Part shown: positions 53,216 through 63,687 of the stretch, piece by piece
How the letters are laid out: the number at the start of each line of letters is the position of its first letter
How positions within the stretch are numbered: position 1 is the first letter of the stretch
Source of the DNA: Azolla caroliniana
Lineage: Eukaryota > Plantae > Polypodiophyta
Direction: 5' to 3'
Assembly (NCBI GenBank): GCA_043228905.1
Contig: JBHGNT010000009.1
Coordinates: 6,324,001-6,388,000 of the forward strand
Length of the DNA stretch: 64,000 nucleotides
Position numbers and translations under genes: made by a program
The notes under the pieces: generated by a model
The model's input: the letters and a program-made list of their open reading frames with translations, nothing else
Database searches by the model: none
Told to the model about the DNA's origin: nothing

Positions 53216-53989
53216 GCGCATATCCAAATGGTTGAGCATGATGTCTTGTTGAAGTGAGTTTGTAGGTTTAATCCTCACCAACTATATATTTTATGTCACG
53301 ATTGTGTCGTGACAGTTGAAGCTTCCAGTGATGGTGAGTCGAGTGGGTCACCGACCATGACTACTTCCAATGGCTATGATGCTTCAGTTCAAAGTAGTGT
53401 ACTTGGCCACTCCTTTCTCCATTCGAACAATTGGTATGCACAATAGCCAAACCCCCCTTTTCTATACTGCCACGCAACAAGCTCGGTGATGTCAAAGCGA
53501 GAACACCATGATGATCACCTAAGAAGAAGAGGAGACCAAGAAGAAGAAATGAATGAATGACATACCTTTATGCAAGAAATATGAGGTCGAGCTTGAAATG
53601 CCAAACACTGAACATTGGAAATGGGGAGCTCCTCCAAAATGTCAAAAACCTAAACAACGAAGAAGAAAAGAAGAAAACAAAACCCTCGAAGCCCAAAATA
53701 GTCGAAGAAAAATCAAAGACCAAAATCCGTCAAGCTCGCCAAAATAAGCCATCTTCCCTTCCTTTTATAAGGAGCGAGGTGTACCATTTGCATTAAATGC
53801 AAATATTCCTCTTTTTCTTCGAAAAGGAAAAAGAATAAATACTCCTTAATTCGTGTCGTGTTGTAGAGATTCCCATATATGTGCATTCTTTGGCCCCTTT
53901 TCTTTTCCCTTTTTACCCAAATTTCCCACCCTTTCTTTTCCCTTCTCCCCATGTTTCCCACCTTCAAACACGATGCATCATGACACCAT

Positions 53990-55354
53990 TGTCATATAAA
54001 TGCGTGTGCATGTGCTACTTGAGTAGGACCACGGGGGTCTTGAACCAAGGGGGATGCTAAGGTTAGGAGGACTCTAAAGGATGGAGTCGAAAAAGATCTA
54101 GGAGTAAAAAAGACTCGAAAGGTCATTCTAGTTGAAAGCTCGAACTAGTTGAAGGCTCATGCTAGTCGAAAGATCGAACTAGTCGAAGGCTTGTGTTAGG
54201 CGAAAGATCGATGCTATTATCGAAGAAACAGTATGTCAAAGACTTGCTCTCATAAAAAAACGCATGTGTTGAAGGATTTAACTAGTCGAAGAAACGTGTA
54301 TGTCGAAAGAAGGGGTTAGTCATAGAAAACCCTTAGTTGAAGGAAGCTCCTAGTCAAAGGAAGGGCTTCCTCGAAAGAAAGGCCCCTGGTTGAAATGTTC
54401 CTTCGACACGAATGAAACGTTAAAACCCTAAAAGGGACAAATAAAAGGCAATGATGAAAAGAAACCCGAAGAAGATGGAACAACAAGAATGAAGACTCCC
54501 TCCTCTGAAGTGCCAGAATCTAGACAAAGAAGAGTTGAAGAATAAAAGAAAATGAAGAAGACGAACGACGAGAGTGAAGCCTCCCTCCTCCGAAGTGTCA
54601 AAACCTAGATAAAGAAGAGTCAAAGAAGAAAAGAAAACCGAAGAAGACCCCACACAAACTCAAAGAACACGAACAATGAACACTCTTGAGCTCCCAAAAA
54701 CCCCGAAGAAGACCACCACAAAATATGAAGAATGAAAGACCTAAAATAAGCCCTCCCTCCCTCCTTTTATGTGAAGGGCAACACCTCATTTGCATTAAAT
54801 GCAAATGCCCCTTTCCCCCTGTACAAGTAAAAAACAAGGAATGTATACTTTAACGTGGCCGCACTAGCAAACAATTAAACTTTGCACCTCCTACACATAT
54901 TGAATGGCCCTAACAACTAGGCCATTCGCTTTTATTAATTGTTCAATAATTTTATATTTACATATTTACACTTTGCAACACCTCTTTCGTGTTGGGAAAG
55001 AAGAGAAAGAGAGATAGAAAGGAGAGAGAGAGAGAGAGAGAGATGAGGGAAACAGTAAATCGTTTATTATATTAAAACGCCCTAATCGATACAACGTTGG
55101 CGGAGCCTTTATATAGACCACCACCAATACACTTACGGTTTCCTTCGAGTTATGAAGGAAACCGTATTCATAAGAAGTACTAACTATTTATATATATTAA
55201 TATATTATTATTTTTTGCTTAATATTTTCCACATTTCGTTGCCCCTTTTCCCACATGCTACACGTGCTCTCTCTCTTACTTTTTCACACACGCTTCACTC
55301 CATTCCTTATCTTCTTTTTAGCCACATTCCCACCTTCGGGCTTGCCATATCACA
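53990..55354 (-). mobile_element. Solo LTR (1365 bp) with 4-bp TSD
   Basis: TGTCAT...ATCACA ends; TSD CCAT (53986-53989, 55355-55358); homologous to 56464-57656 at both ends. Confidence 0.8.
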
Positions 55355-55735
55355 CCATCTGTCAGCATCCTTCCTACATGCTACAAATGGGAATTTGAAA
55401 CCATGCTTGACACGTAGTTCATACCCTCCTACGTTAGTTTAAGTAGAACACTACCTTCTATTTTCGCTAGCTATGTCACCTCGACCTGGCTCATTGGCAA
55501 ATCGAAAGAGTTCTTTACAACCACAAACCAAATGCAAGATATCTTACTCCCCCCTTCCACATTCAACGCCTCTGACCCACTCATATCCGCAATGTCTGCT
55601 CACCCCATGTTACTCACCTAACCCACCATACTCCATCTCTCCCCCGACCTTCGTCCTTCACACCATCCATCTTCACCCACGACACACACCTAGTGTAGTG
55701 CACCCAAGAATTTGCACTCATTAGGTTGGGGGGAT

Positions 55736-56025
55736 TGTTAAGTATCCAGCAGTTAGCACACCGGTTGTGGAGATTGCAATACCAACAAAAGACAATGAGC
55801 TCAACTAACCATAAGAAAAGGGAGAGGAAGCAATGTAAGCCAATGGGAAACCTAGTGTGAAAGGGAAGCTATAAAAGCCACATTTTGGTGCCTTTTGTAT
55901 CTCTTTATCCAAATTTAGCTTTTCTCCTTTCCATTGGTGCACTAGAGCTCCTCTCATATCTCCGTAATCTTCCATTATAGTTAAGAGAAATTAGGGGTAA
56001 GAGCTAAGTAAGCCAAACCCTAACA
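55736..56025 (+). mobile_element. Probable LTR preceded by a PPT
   Basis: GGTTGGGGGGA then TGTTAAG...CCCTAACA; TATAAAA at ~55870. Confidence 0.5.
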
Positions 56026-56088
56026 TATATTCTTGTCTTTGTGTAAAAGAGAGTTAAAGCACGCACGCATGCGTGCGTGTGTGTGTGA

Positions 56089-58080
56089 GAAAGAAAGAAA
56101 GAAAGAAAGAAAGATATATTAACATCTTCTAAGGCCAAAATTGGCCCATGAGACAATTGGTTTACAACAAAATGAGTATTTATCCAGTCATCATAACTAA
56201 AATAAAATAAAGTAAAAATAGAACTTAAGCTAAAAGAGTTCTAGTAGTGTACAAAACGTGGTATACTCGATAAAGGAAGTGACTTTACACTAAGCCTAAT
56301 TTTATTACCACCCGAGCCTCTCGAAAAGAAGTGGGAGGTCAAAGGGTTTTGGTGTGGGTGTGGCCCGTGGTCCCAATGTAGAGAGTGCCCTAGCCATGGC
56401 TTCTAGGAGATAAAGCTAAGTAAGCTAGTAGCTCAAAGGTTCTGAACAACCACCTTCGCTAGGTGTTGCGTAAACACATGTGTGTGTGCTACTCGAGCGG
56501 GACCAGTGGGTCTTGGACTAGGGAGGATGCAAGGACTAGGAGAGTGCAAATGTTAGGGGACTTGAAGGCCCCCGTGAGTCAAAAGCTCCCATGATCACGC
56601 AAACGCTTGCTAGAATCGAACACTCGTAGGAGTCAAATACTCGCTAGAGTCAAAGGGAGCGACAAGTCAAACACCCCAAGAAGTTGAAGGAAGCAACGAG
56701 TCAAAAGCTTCGAGGACTCGAACTCCTTAGAACTCAAATGGAGACAACATGATTATAGGAAATGATGACTTCATCGTTAACATTTAACTCGTGATATCAG
56801 GGCAAAACATGCAATTAATATTACAAGCATGAGACTAAGAAGTTTTAACACAATATTAAGATCAAAGAAACCTCTAATGTAGGCCGAAACACTAGATTAA
56901 GTAAGAGAATCCTTTATAAGATAGGGTTATAAAGCTTTAGACGATCAATTACATTGGTGGCAACTAAATGTTAATCGCTAAATACGAAACAAAGATGAAA
57001 ATAGGGGAGGATTGAAGCTTCCGTTTTAGATGAGTCAAGTGGGCCGCCAAGACCGCAACTACCTCTTATGGCTACAATACTTCGAATCGGAGTAGAGTTC
57101 TTGGACCACTCTGTCCTCCCTTCGAATGACAGATGTGTGAGCTTGCCAAACCACTCCTTGATGCCTCCATGAAGAATACGAGCTTGGTGATGTCAACGAC
57201 CATGCTGACCACCTAAGAAGAAGGAGAGATCGAGAGAAAGAAGTGAAGGGCGTTATACCTCCACGTGACGAATACAAGGTCGAGCTTCCAATGTCCAAAG
57301 ACGAGTGTCGAAAATGACGAGCTTCTTCTCGGAAATGTTGAAAAGCCCAAGTAAGTGTTCAAAAACTTGATACAAAGAAGGGTCGACGAAGAAAAGAAAT
57401 AGGGAAATAAATGCTCCTTAATTCGCACCACACTGACAGAGAATCGAAATCTACACCCCTATGACCAAGTGAATGGCACTTTTAGTTATTATTTGAACAT
57501 TTCATAAATAATTATTTTTATTTTGCGCCCCTTTTCTTTTCCCTTCTTCCCATATTTTCCACCCCTTTCTTTTCTCCTTTTTCCCCATGTATTCCACCCC
57601 TTTCGTTTTTTCCCTTTTTACCACATTCCCACATTTGGGCTCGCCACATCACAACATCGGTTCTCCGCTAAAAGGTTTTACGTCGGTCTGAACCCAATGT
57701 TAAGGACATCAATAGGAGGCAAAACTCCATTGACTCATAAAAGTGCTTCCATGAGGCGCACGGCAATGACACAATACTAAATTCATGTGTACACCCAAAA
57801 AAATTATAGTAATTCAATAGAAGTAGTATATGAAGTTGATGGAGGCCTACAAAATGGAAAAAGTGACCAAAGAGGCTCAAGAGGAGCATGGACCATGGTT
57901 GAAAGATCTTTGATTAGAAGGAATTGAATATCTAATGGTGATTCCTTGATGATGTGCTGCAAAACTCTATCCTAGTTATATGAAGATATATTGCACGGAG
58001 TTAGAATATGATCACGCAACTAGAACATAATGGATCAACTTGTTTAATTTCATATTCAAAGGCTACGAATTTGATCGCAT
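56089..58080 (-). mobile_element. Old LINE 3' fragment interrupted by a solo LTR
   Basis: 3' terminus GGCCAATTTTGGCCTTAGAAGATGTTAATATATCTTTC(TTTC)n matches the LINE ends at ~3700 and ~11100; right boundary approximate. Confidence 0.6.
56464..57656 (-). mobile_element. Solo LTR (1193 bp)
   Basis: TGTTGC...CACAACA ends; flanks TAGG/TCGG (4 bp, one mismatch); homologous to 53990-55354. Confidence 0.7.
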
Positions 58081-58182
58081 GTTGGTTGAATTGGTTGTGT
58101 GGAACACTTACATGTGTTTCATTGTTGTAAAGAATCAAGAGATGGATTCTATGCAGCGGAATAGATATGAACTATGTGTGTG

Positions 58183-58229
<47 letters not shown>

Positions 58230-58301
58230 TAGATAGATAGATAGATTATATTATCGTCTTCGGAGATCAAATATGACCTATGAGACCAAAAATGTTACAT
58301 T

Positions 58302-61300
58302 TCACGTGATACGTGTGAAAGTGAGTAGTGACTCTCGATGTTCAAGAACTTTACCAATGAATGTTGCAATCGAGAGTGCACATTGTGGTTGTGAGAGGAA
58401 TTCATGCAAAGATTGGGCTTGATCGAAGAGATGTGGAAAGCATGGTCGAATATGATCAAAGGCAGAGCATTGTATCAAAGTGTGATACTCAGACTCGCGA
58501 ACTTGTTTAGGGCAAAGTGTGCATAGCCGACCACTCTCATCACTTGTACCCCAACGCCCTGTTTCACATCGCAATGCATGTGAGCTAAGTCGCATGGAAG
58601 CAATGGTTCGAATGGCAGATAACGGTATGGGCTCTAACATGTATGGATGTGTACGATTTCCCCGTTCCGCAAAGAATATGGTTTTGTAGTTTGGTGCAAC
58701 ATGTGTAGTATAATGTGTGAAGCGTGAGCCTCCACATTTGTCCCATGTCATGATACATTGGCGTTGCAAAAATGCCTCATTTACAGAGGAATCTAATGAT
58801 GCATCATGAAGCAAGTGTCTCGCATCCCATCTACCAAACCATTTTTCTATATCTTGCATCCAACCGGAACACAAAATTTTGCTTTTATGCGTCTTTTGGA
58901 TCTTTTTGCTTGCTTCCCACGCAATTCTAGGAAGTCGATGTGAGGGACTTTTTTGAACCTTAAGCATGTATTCAACAACCCTTTCCATGGCCATGATCTC
59001 AATGGGAAGCGATCCCGTCTCAAGGAGGAGGAGGGTGTAGGGCGTTTGTTTCTTAACTTGTAGAAACTTGGTAAGAAAATGCTTTTGGACATTTTCAAAC
59101 TCTTTCCACATAGACTTAGGGATGCTACCGCCCCATACTTCCACCCCATAGAGAAGAACTGGTGTCACCAAAGTGTCAAAAAGATATTTCTTGAGGACCC
59201 AACACTTAATATCTCCAAGATTGCATGTGTTCTCAAATGCATAGTATGCTCGTTTGCCCGCCTCTAAGCGGCGTGTAGCACATTCATTCCATCTATGATT
59301 TGAAGGAACTTCAAGGCCAAGATATTTGAAGCTTTCCACACATTCAAGTGGCTCATTGTTGTACATAATGCATGGTTTATCTCTTTTTTGGCTCTTCACA
59401 AGCATAATCTTTGTTTTAGAGCTATTGACACTTAATTTAGTATGCATGCAAAATTTTTCCAATGCCTTCATAAGCTTTTGTGCATCTCCTAAAGTATTTG
59501 CAAAAAGCACTACGTCATCTGCATATAGCAAAAGCATAATCACAACATTCCCAATGGCAACTTCTTCAACACATTCTTCCTTTGCAAACTTGGTAACCAT
59601 TTCTTCCAATTCATCAATGCATAGACCAAATAGTGTTGGTGAGAGTGGGCATCCTTGCTTAACACCAATAGTGCTTTTGAAAAAATCTGAAAGTTTATCT
59701 TTCATGCGCACACAACATATAACCTTCTCATAAATTCGGGAAATTGCAAGCATATATTCACTTGGCACCTCAAGTTCTTCCATTCGCCTCCAAAGATGCT
59801 CACGAGGTACCATATCAAAAGCTTTCTTGAAGTCTACAAAGCAACAATATAAACCTTTACCTCTAAGGCGACTTTCCTCCATTAATACTCGAAGGGTAAT
59901 AAGGTGATCAATGGTGCTATGGTGTTTCCGAAAGCCAGCTTGTCCATAAGCTCTCTTACCACTTTTTTCAGCCCATACACTTATCTTTGATTCCATTATA
60001 CATCCAAATAGTTTTGCCATTAATGAGCCAACCATGATGGTTCGATAGTTGTTTACATTATTTATATCTCCACCTTTATGTAAAGGTTTGATCCAATTTG
60101 TAGTCCAATCGTACGGCATACCATGTTGCAATGCATCATTAAACATATCTCTTATCCATATATGTGCTTCCTTTCCCGTCCATTTGAGCATTTCAGCCTT
60201 TATACATTGAAGATCGCTTGCCTTTCGAGAGGCCAATTTCTTAAGTCCTATGCATATATCTTCAATTGTAAAGAAGGAAGGCATATGTGAAAGAGAACCA
60301 TAACACATCATCTTTCCGGCAAGAGATAACTCATATAAATTCTTACAATGCATAGACAAGTCGTGAAGAGTTAAGACACCATAACTCTCAACACGTTTTC
60401 CCTTTAGATTTCCCCAAAATTTAGCACATGCATGTGCTTTCTCTTGCGTTTGGATAAATTGTTGAGTAACTTCCCATATTCTTCTCTTTCTTTGAATAAG
60501 CCTTTTATACTCATGCAAATGCTTTTGGTAATTCTCTTTATCCTTAACTACATCCAAAACCATAAGGCACTTTCGAGCTTCACGACATTCTTTATCAAAC
60601 CATTTTTTCCTAAGTTTCTTGGTGCATTTCCAAGATGTGCGATTGGTCGAAAAACATTTGTTTGTACATGAGAGAATGACTTTCTTGAAAGCTTCCCATT
60701 TGCATTCTAGTGTGGCACCATGTTGTATCTTTGTCATTTGTAACATATCCTCAACCATCTTGGAATACATGGGTGCTCGCTTAAGGTTCATGCTCAAGTG
60801 CGGTTGTTTATTATCTTCAATAGCCTTCTCACAATCAAACCTATGCATACATTTGAGATCAATACATAAAGGCCTATGATCTGATTCCGGTGTCCATTCA
60901 CCAAGTGAGAATTTATGTATACGATCCAAAATACCTTCGGAAAGTAGCACATAATCAATCACACTATTTCCGTTGTATTTTCTACATGTAAAACCATTAG
61001 TGTTGGGCCATAAGGAAATACCATTTGCAATAAGCAATCCGGTACTATTGCACATTTGTAGGAGTAACTTCCCAAATTGGTCCGGATCTTTTTCATCGCT
61101 AGAAGAGCGGTTATACATTTGCATATCCTCTTGCATCCTTGAGATATGTGGCATGAAAGATTCTTGTGAATCAAGTTGGAAACTTCTTGTACGAGCATTC
61201 ATGTCACCAAAGACAATAACTTCCCCTTTGGATTTGAAATAAGCAATATCATCTTCTAGATTGGCAAACGGTTGATCTTTATCCAAACAAGCATAAAAGT

Positions 61301-61676
61301 TAGAATCTTGATGAGGAATGTAACATCCAACAACAAAAGTGGGCAAATCATTAGGTGTTTCTATTTTGAGCCATATGTAGCATTTATTTTCATCATTTTT
61401 TATGATTGACACATATTTCTCTATTTCCTTCTTAATCAAACATGCCACCCCTCCTTGTCCTCTTCTTTGTCTTGGATTTTTCTTCCATATCAAAGAGTGT
61501 ACATTATAGTTTCCTAAACCTTGAATCCTTTGAGTATCATGCTCCCATGTTTCAACAAGAAGTGTGATATCCGAGTCATTGGTGAACTCCTCTATGCCAA
61601 ATCCCGCATTCCATGGGTATCCATTGCAATTCCAAAAGCATAGTCGTAAAAGGCGTGGGTTAGTCTCATAGATCAC
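58302..61676 (-). CDS. LINE ORF2: APE endonuclease, reverse transcriptase, C-terminal CCHC-like motif
   Basis: FWNCNG, LVETW, GDMNAR, IDY, SDH (APE); [21 protein letters not shown] (RT); CTLC..ESEYHTLIQC. 1124 codons without a stop and no AUG at the start. Confidence 0.96.
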   Translation of the reverse strand: MIYETNPRLLRLCFWNCNGYPWNAGFGIEEFTNDSDITLLVETWEHDTQRIQGLGNYNVHSLIWKKNPRQRRGQGGVACLIKKEIEKYVSIIKNDENKCYIWLKIETPNDLPTFVVGCYIPHQDSNFYACLDKDQPFANLEDDIAYFKSKGEVIVFGDMNARTRSFQLDSQESFMPHISRMQEDMQMYNRSSSDEKDPDQFGKLLLQMCNSTGLLIANGISLWPNTNGFTCRKYNGNSVIDYVLLSEGILDRIHKFSLGEWTPESDHRPLCIDLKCMHRFDCEKAIEDNKQPHLSMNLKRAPMYSKMVEDMLQMTKIQHGATLECKWEAFKKVILSCTNKCFSTNRTSWKCTKKLRKKWFDKECREARKCLMVLDVVKDKENYQKHLHEYKRLIQRKRRIWEVTQQFIQTQEKAHACAKFWGNLKGKRVESYGVLTLHDLSMHCKNLYELSLAGKMMCYGSLSHMPSFFTIEDICIGLKKLASRKASDLQCIKAEMLKWTGKEAHIWIRDMFNDALQHGMPYDWTTNWIKPLHKGGDINNVNNYRTIMVGSLMAKLFGCIMESKISVWAEKSGKRAYGQAGFRKHHSTIDHLITLRVLMEESRLRGKGLYCCFVDFKKAFDMVPREHLWRRMEELEVPSEYMLAISRIYEKVICCVRMKDKLSDFFKSTIGVKQGCPLSPTLFGLCIDELEEMVTKFAKEECVEEVAIGNVVIMLLLYADDVVLFANTLGDAQKLMKALEKFCMHTKLSVNSSKTKIMLVKSQKRDKPCIMYNNEPLECVESFKYLGLEVPSNHRWNECATRRLEAGKRAYYAFENTCNLGDIKCWVLKKYLFDTLVTPVLLYGVEVWGGSIPKSMWKEFENVQKHFLTKFLQVKKQTPYTLLLLETGSLPIEIMAMERVVEYMLKVQKSPSHRLPRIAWEASKKIQKTHKSKILCSGWMQDIEKWFGRWDARHLLHDASLDSSVNEAFLQRQCIMTWDKCGGSRFTHYTTHVAPNYKTIFFAERGNRTHPYMLEPIPLSAIRTIASMRLSSHALRCETGRWGTSDESGRLCTLCPKQVRESEYHTLIQCSAFDHIRPCFPHLFDQAQSLHEFLSQPQCALSIATFIGKVLEHRESLLTFTRIT

Positions 61677-61682
61677 GTGTCC

Positions 61683-62552
61683 CTATTTGCCTACATTTCC
61701 ATCTTTAGGCACATCCTTAACCTTGTTTTTCAATCTTTCTTCATATGCTTTACGACGAGCATTTTGTTGTGAGATAGTACGATCTTCACTCACAAAGCAT
61801 TGTGTACCTTTGAGGTATACCCAACTATTTTCGAGTATGATCCGCCGCTTTGTATCATCTGTCATTGTGCATACAATAGGCCTTTCTCCGGAGCGAGTAA
61901 CACCATGTTTCCCAACTCGGTGTGCCCCATATACATTCACATCTGACATCCCATAATGCATGCTAAAAAATTCACCAATGGCCTTTCCAAGGGATGCGGG
62001 TGTTTCCATACTCTCTTCTTTAATCCCACGGACGACAATGTTCTTTGATCGTCGTTCGCGTTCTTTCAATTCTCGGACATCTATGCTTTCTATATTCTTC
62101 TCTTGGTGCATCACATGCATATTAGATGAGTTTGATAACACATCCCCACCACATACATCGGCCCATGACTTCGTTGTACATACATTTTTCATCTCACTTA
62201 CATCCCGCCTCATCGTATCCAATTTTTCTTCTTTTAATGCTTCCTTTAACTCAATCTTGTTAAGGCGCTCATTTGTTTCAAATGAAGCTCTTTTACATTC
62301 TTGAATCTCTTCTTGAAGTTTTGCAACCACTTGTTTAAGACTTTCATTCTCAATGACAACACTTTGGAGCTTAGTATTCTCTTTCATTAACATCCTAATC
62401 TCTTCACCTTGCTTGTTTATGGTTTCTTGAAGAGAAATCAAGTGACTCATAAGCATTTTGTCCATTGCATTAGAATCGAGATTTGTTGGTGATCTCGGCT
62501 CATTATCAATCATACCCCCAAACTTTGCGGCGGTTTTACGAGTATTTGCCAT
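61683..62552 (-). CDS. LINE ORF1: coiled coil plus RRM-like nucleic-acid-binding protein
   Basis: 289 aa; heptad-rich N-half followed by RERRSKNIVVRGIKE..HRVG..RPIVC..FVSEDRT, typical of this ORF1 type. Confidence 0.9.
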   Translation of the reverse strand: MANTRKTAAKFGGMIDNEPRSPTNLDSNAMDKMLMSHLISLQETINKQGEEIRMLMKENTKLQSVVIENESLKQVVAKLQEEIQECKRASFETNERLNKIELKEALKEEKLDTMRRDVSEMKNVCTTKSWADVCGGDVLSNSSNMHVMHQEKNIESIDVRELKERERRSKNIVVRGIKEESMETPASLGKAIGEFFSMHYGMSDVNVYGAHRVGKHGVTRSGERPIVCTMTDDTKRRIILENSWVYLKGTQCFVSEDRTISQQNARRKAYEERLKNKVKDVPKDGNVGK

Positions 62553-62943
62553 TATAGGGACAAACCGTACGGGAAAAGAGAGACAAAGAGGGAAGGAGAG
62601 AGAATGTACCTTTCACTCGATTTAGGGCTTCAAAATCTACCTTCCGTTTGAGGAACCGTGGGGCAAAGATGGCTGCGGATGAAAATGCTCATAACTTCTC
62701 GCCACGGTAACGGAATTCAGTAAATGAACATTCTTTAGAAAGCTCTCTCAAAGAGCTTGAGAGAGAGAGACAAGGAGTAAGACACAGAGAATACGCAAGG
62801 TAAGGTGTATTAACAAAGGAGAAAGACTCAACATTATACAAGGTGGGAGAATTGGTTGTGTGGAACACTTACATGTGTTTCATTGTTGTAAAGAATCAAG
62901 AGATGGATTCTGTGCAGCGGAATAGATATGAACTATGTGTGTG

Positions 62944-62979
<36 letters not shown>

Positions 62980-63157
62980 ACACACAAGGAGTAAGACACA
63001 GAGAATACGCAAGGTAAGGTGTATTAACAAAGGAGAAAGACTCAACATTATACAAGGTGGGAGAATTGGTTGTGTGGAACACTTACATGTGTTTCATTGT
63101 TGTAAAGAATCAAGAGATGGATTCTGTGCAGCGGAATAGATATGAACTATGTGTGTG

Positions 63158-63198
<41 letters not shown>

Positions 63199-63347
63199 AG
63201 GAGTAAGACACAAAGAATACACAAGGTAAGGTGTATTAACAAAGGAGAAAGTCTCACAAGGTGGGAGGAGGGTGCTTTATATAGTCACCCTCTCTCTTCA
63301 TTAACTACAAGACTCATGGAGGATGGGGAATGTGAAAGCTCATAAGT

Positions 63348-63643
63348 TGTCATGATGTGGCAAGACTCGAACCCATGACCTTATGCTACATGGGTCGAGC
63401 TCTTGACCATTACACCATACATTGTAATTCATAAAATATTGTTTTCATTTATATTTTATTATAGAAAATTGATGTATATTCCAGATTTCTCTGGAACATT
63501 CTAGAAACTTCAGGAGTATTCCTCAGAACACTATAAAAGGAGGCACAAGGCATTATTTCGAACCAAATCAGTTCAACGCCAGTCTTAAGCCTCCTAGCTA
63601 TTACTGTAGATTCTCTTCACATAATATATATATTTTCTTATCA

Positions 63644-63687
<44 letters not shown>

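Larger units (their letters stand above)
46896..53314 (-). mobile_element. Tcn1-type solo LTR (46896-47284 plus 53221-53314) split by the intact Gypsy
   Basis: TGTCATGA...TCGTGACA ends; TSD GTTGA (46891-46895, 53315-53319); TCTAGAA-rich U3 like that of the intact element. Confidence 0.9.
46531..53985 (-). mobile_element. Old LTR fragment (46531-46895 plus 53320-53985), family of the 53990 and 56464 solo LTRs
   Basis: Joined sequence aligns with ~56780-57656; ends CATGACA at 53985. Confidence 0.65.
58225..62758 (-). mobile_element. Full-length, apparently intact two-ORF non-L1 LINE (RTEX or CR1/L2-group-like) inserted in a (GA)n tract
   Basis: ~200-nt 5' UTR, ORF1, ORF2, short 3' UTR and (ATCT)n tail; (GA)n on both sides. 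Confidence 0.93.
58088..63347 (-). repeat. LTR of the 42849 family whose U5 end plus flank is tandemly triplicated (~214-bp units at 58088, 62849, 63063); first unit split by the LINE
   Basis: GAATTGGTTGTGTGGAACAC...TGTAAAGAATCAAGAG...(GA)n occurs three times; the remainder to 63347 matches 43010-43104. Confidence 0.85.

Noticed and set aside
62553-62758. HDV-like ribozyme in the LINE 5' UTR
   Set aside because: I could not build the nested double pseudoknot by eye; a covariance or RNAmotif search would be needed.
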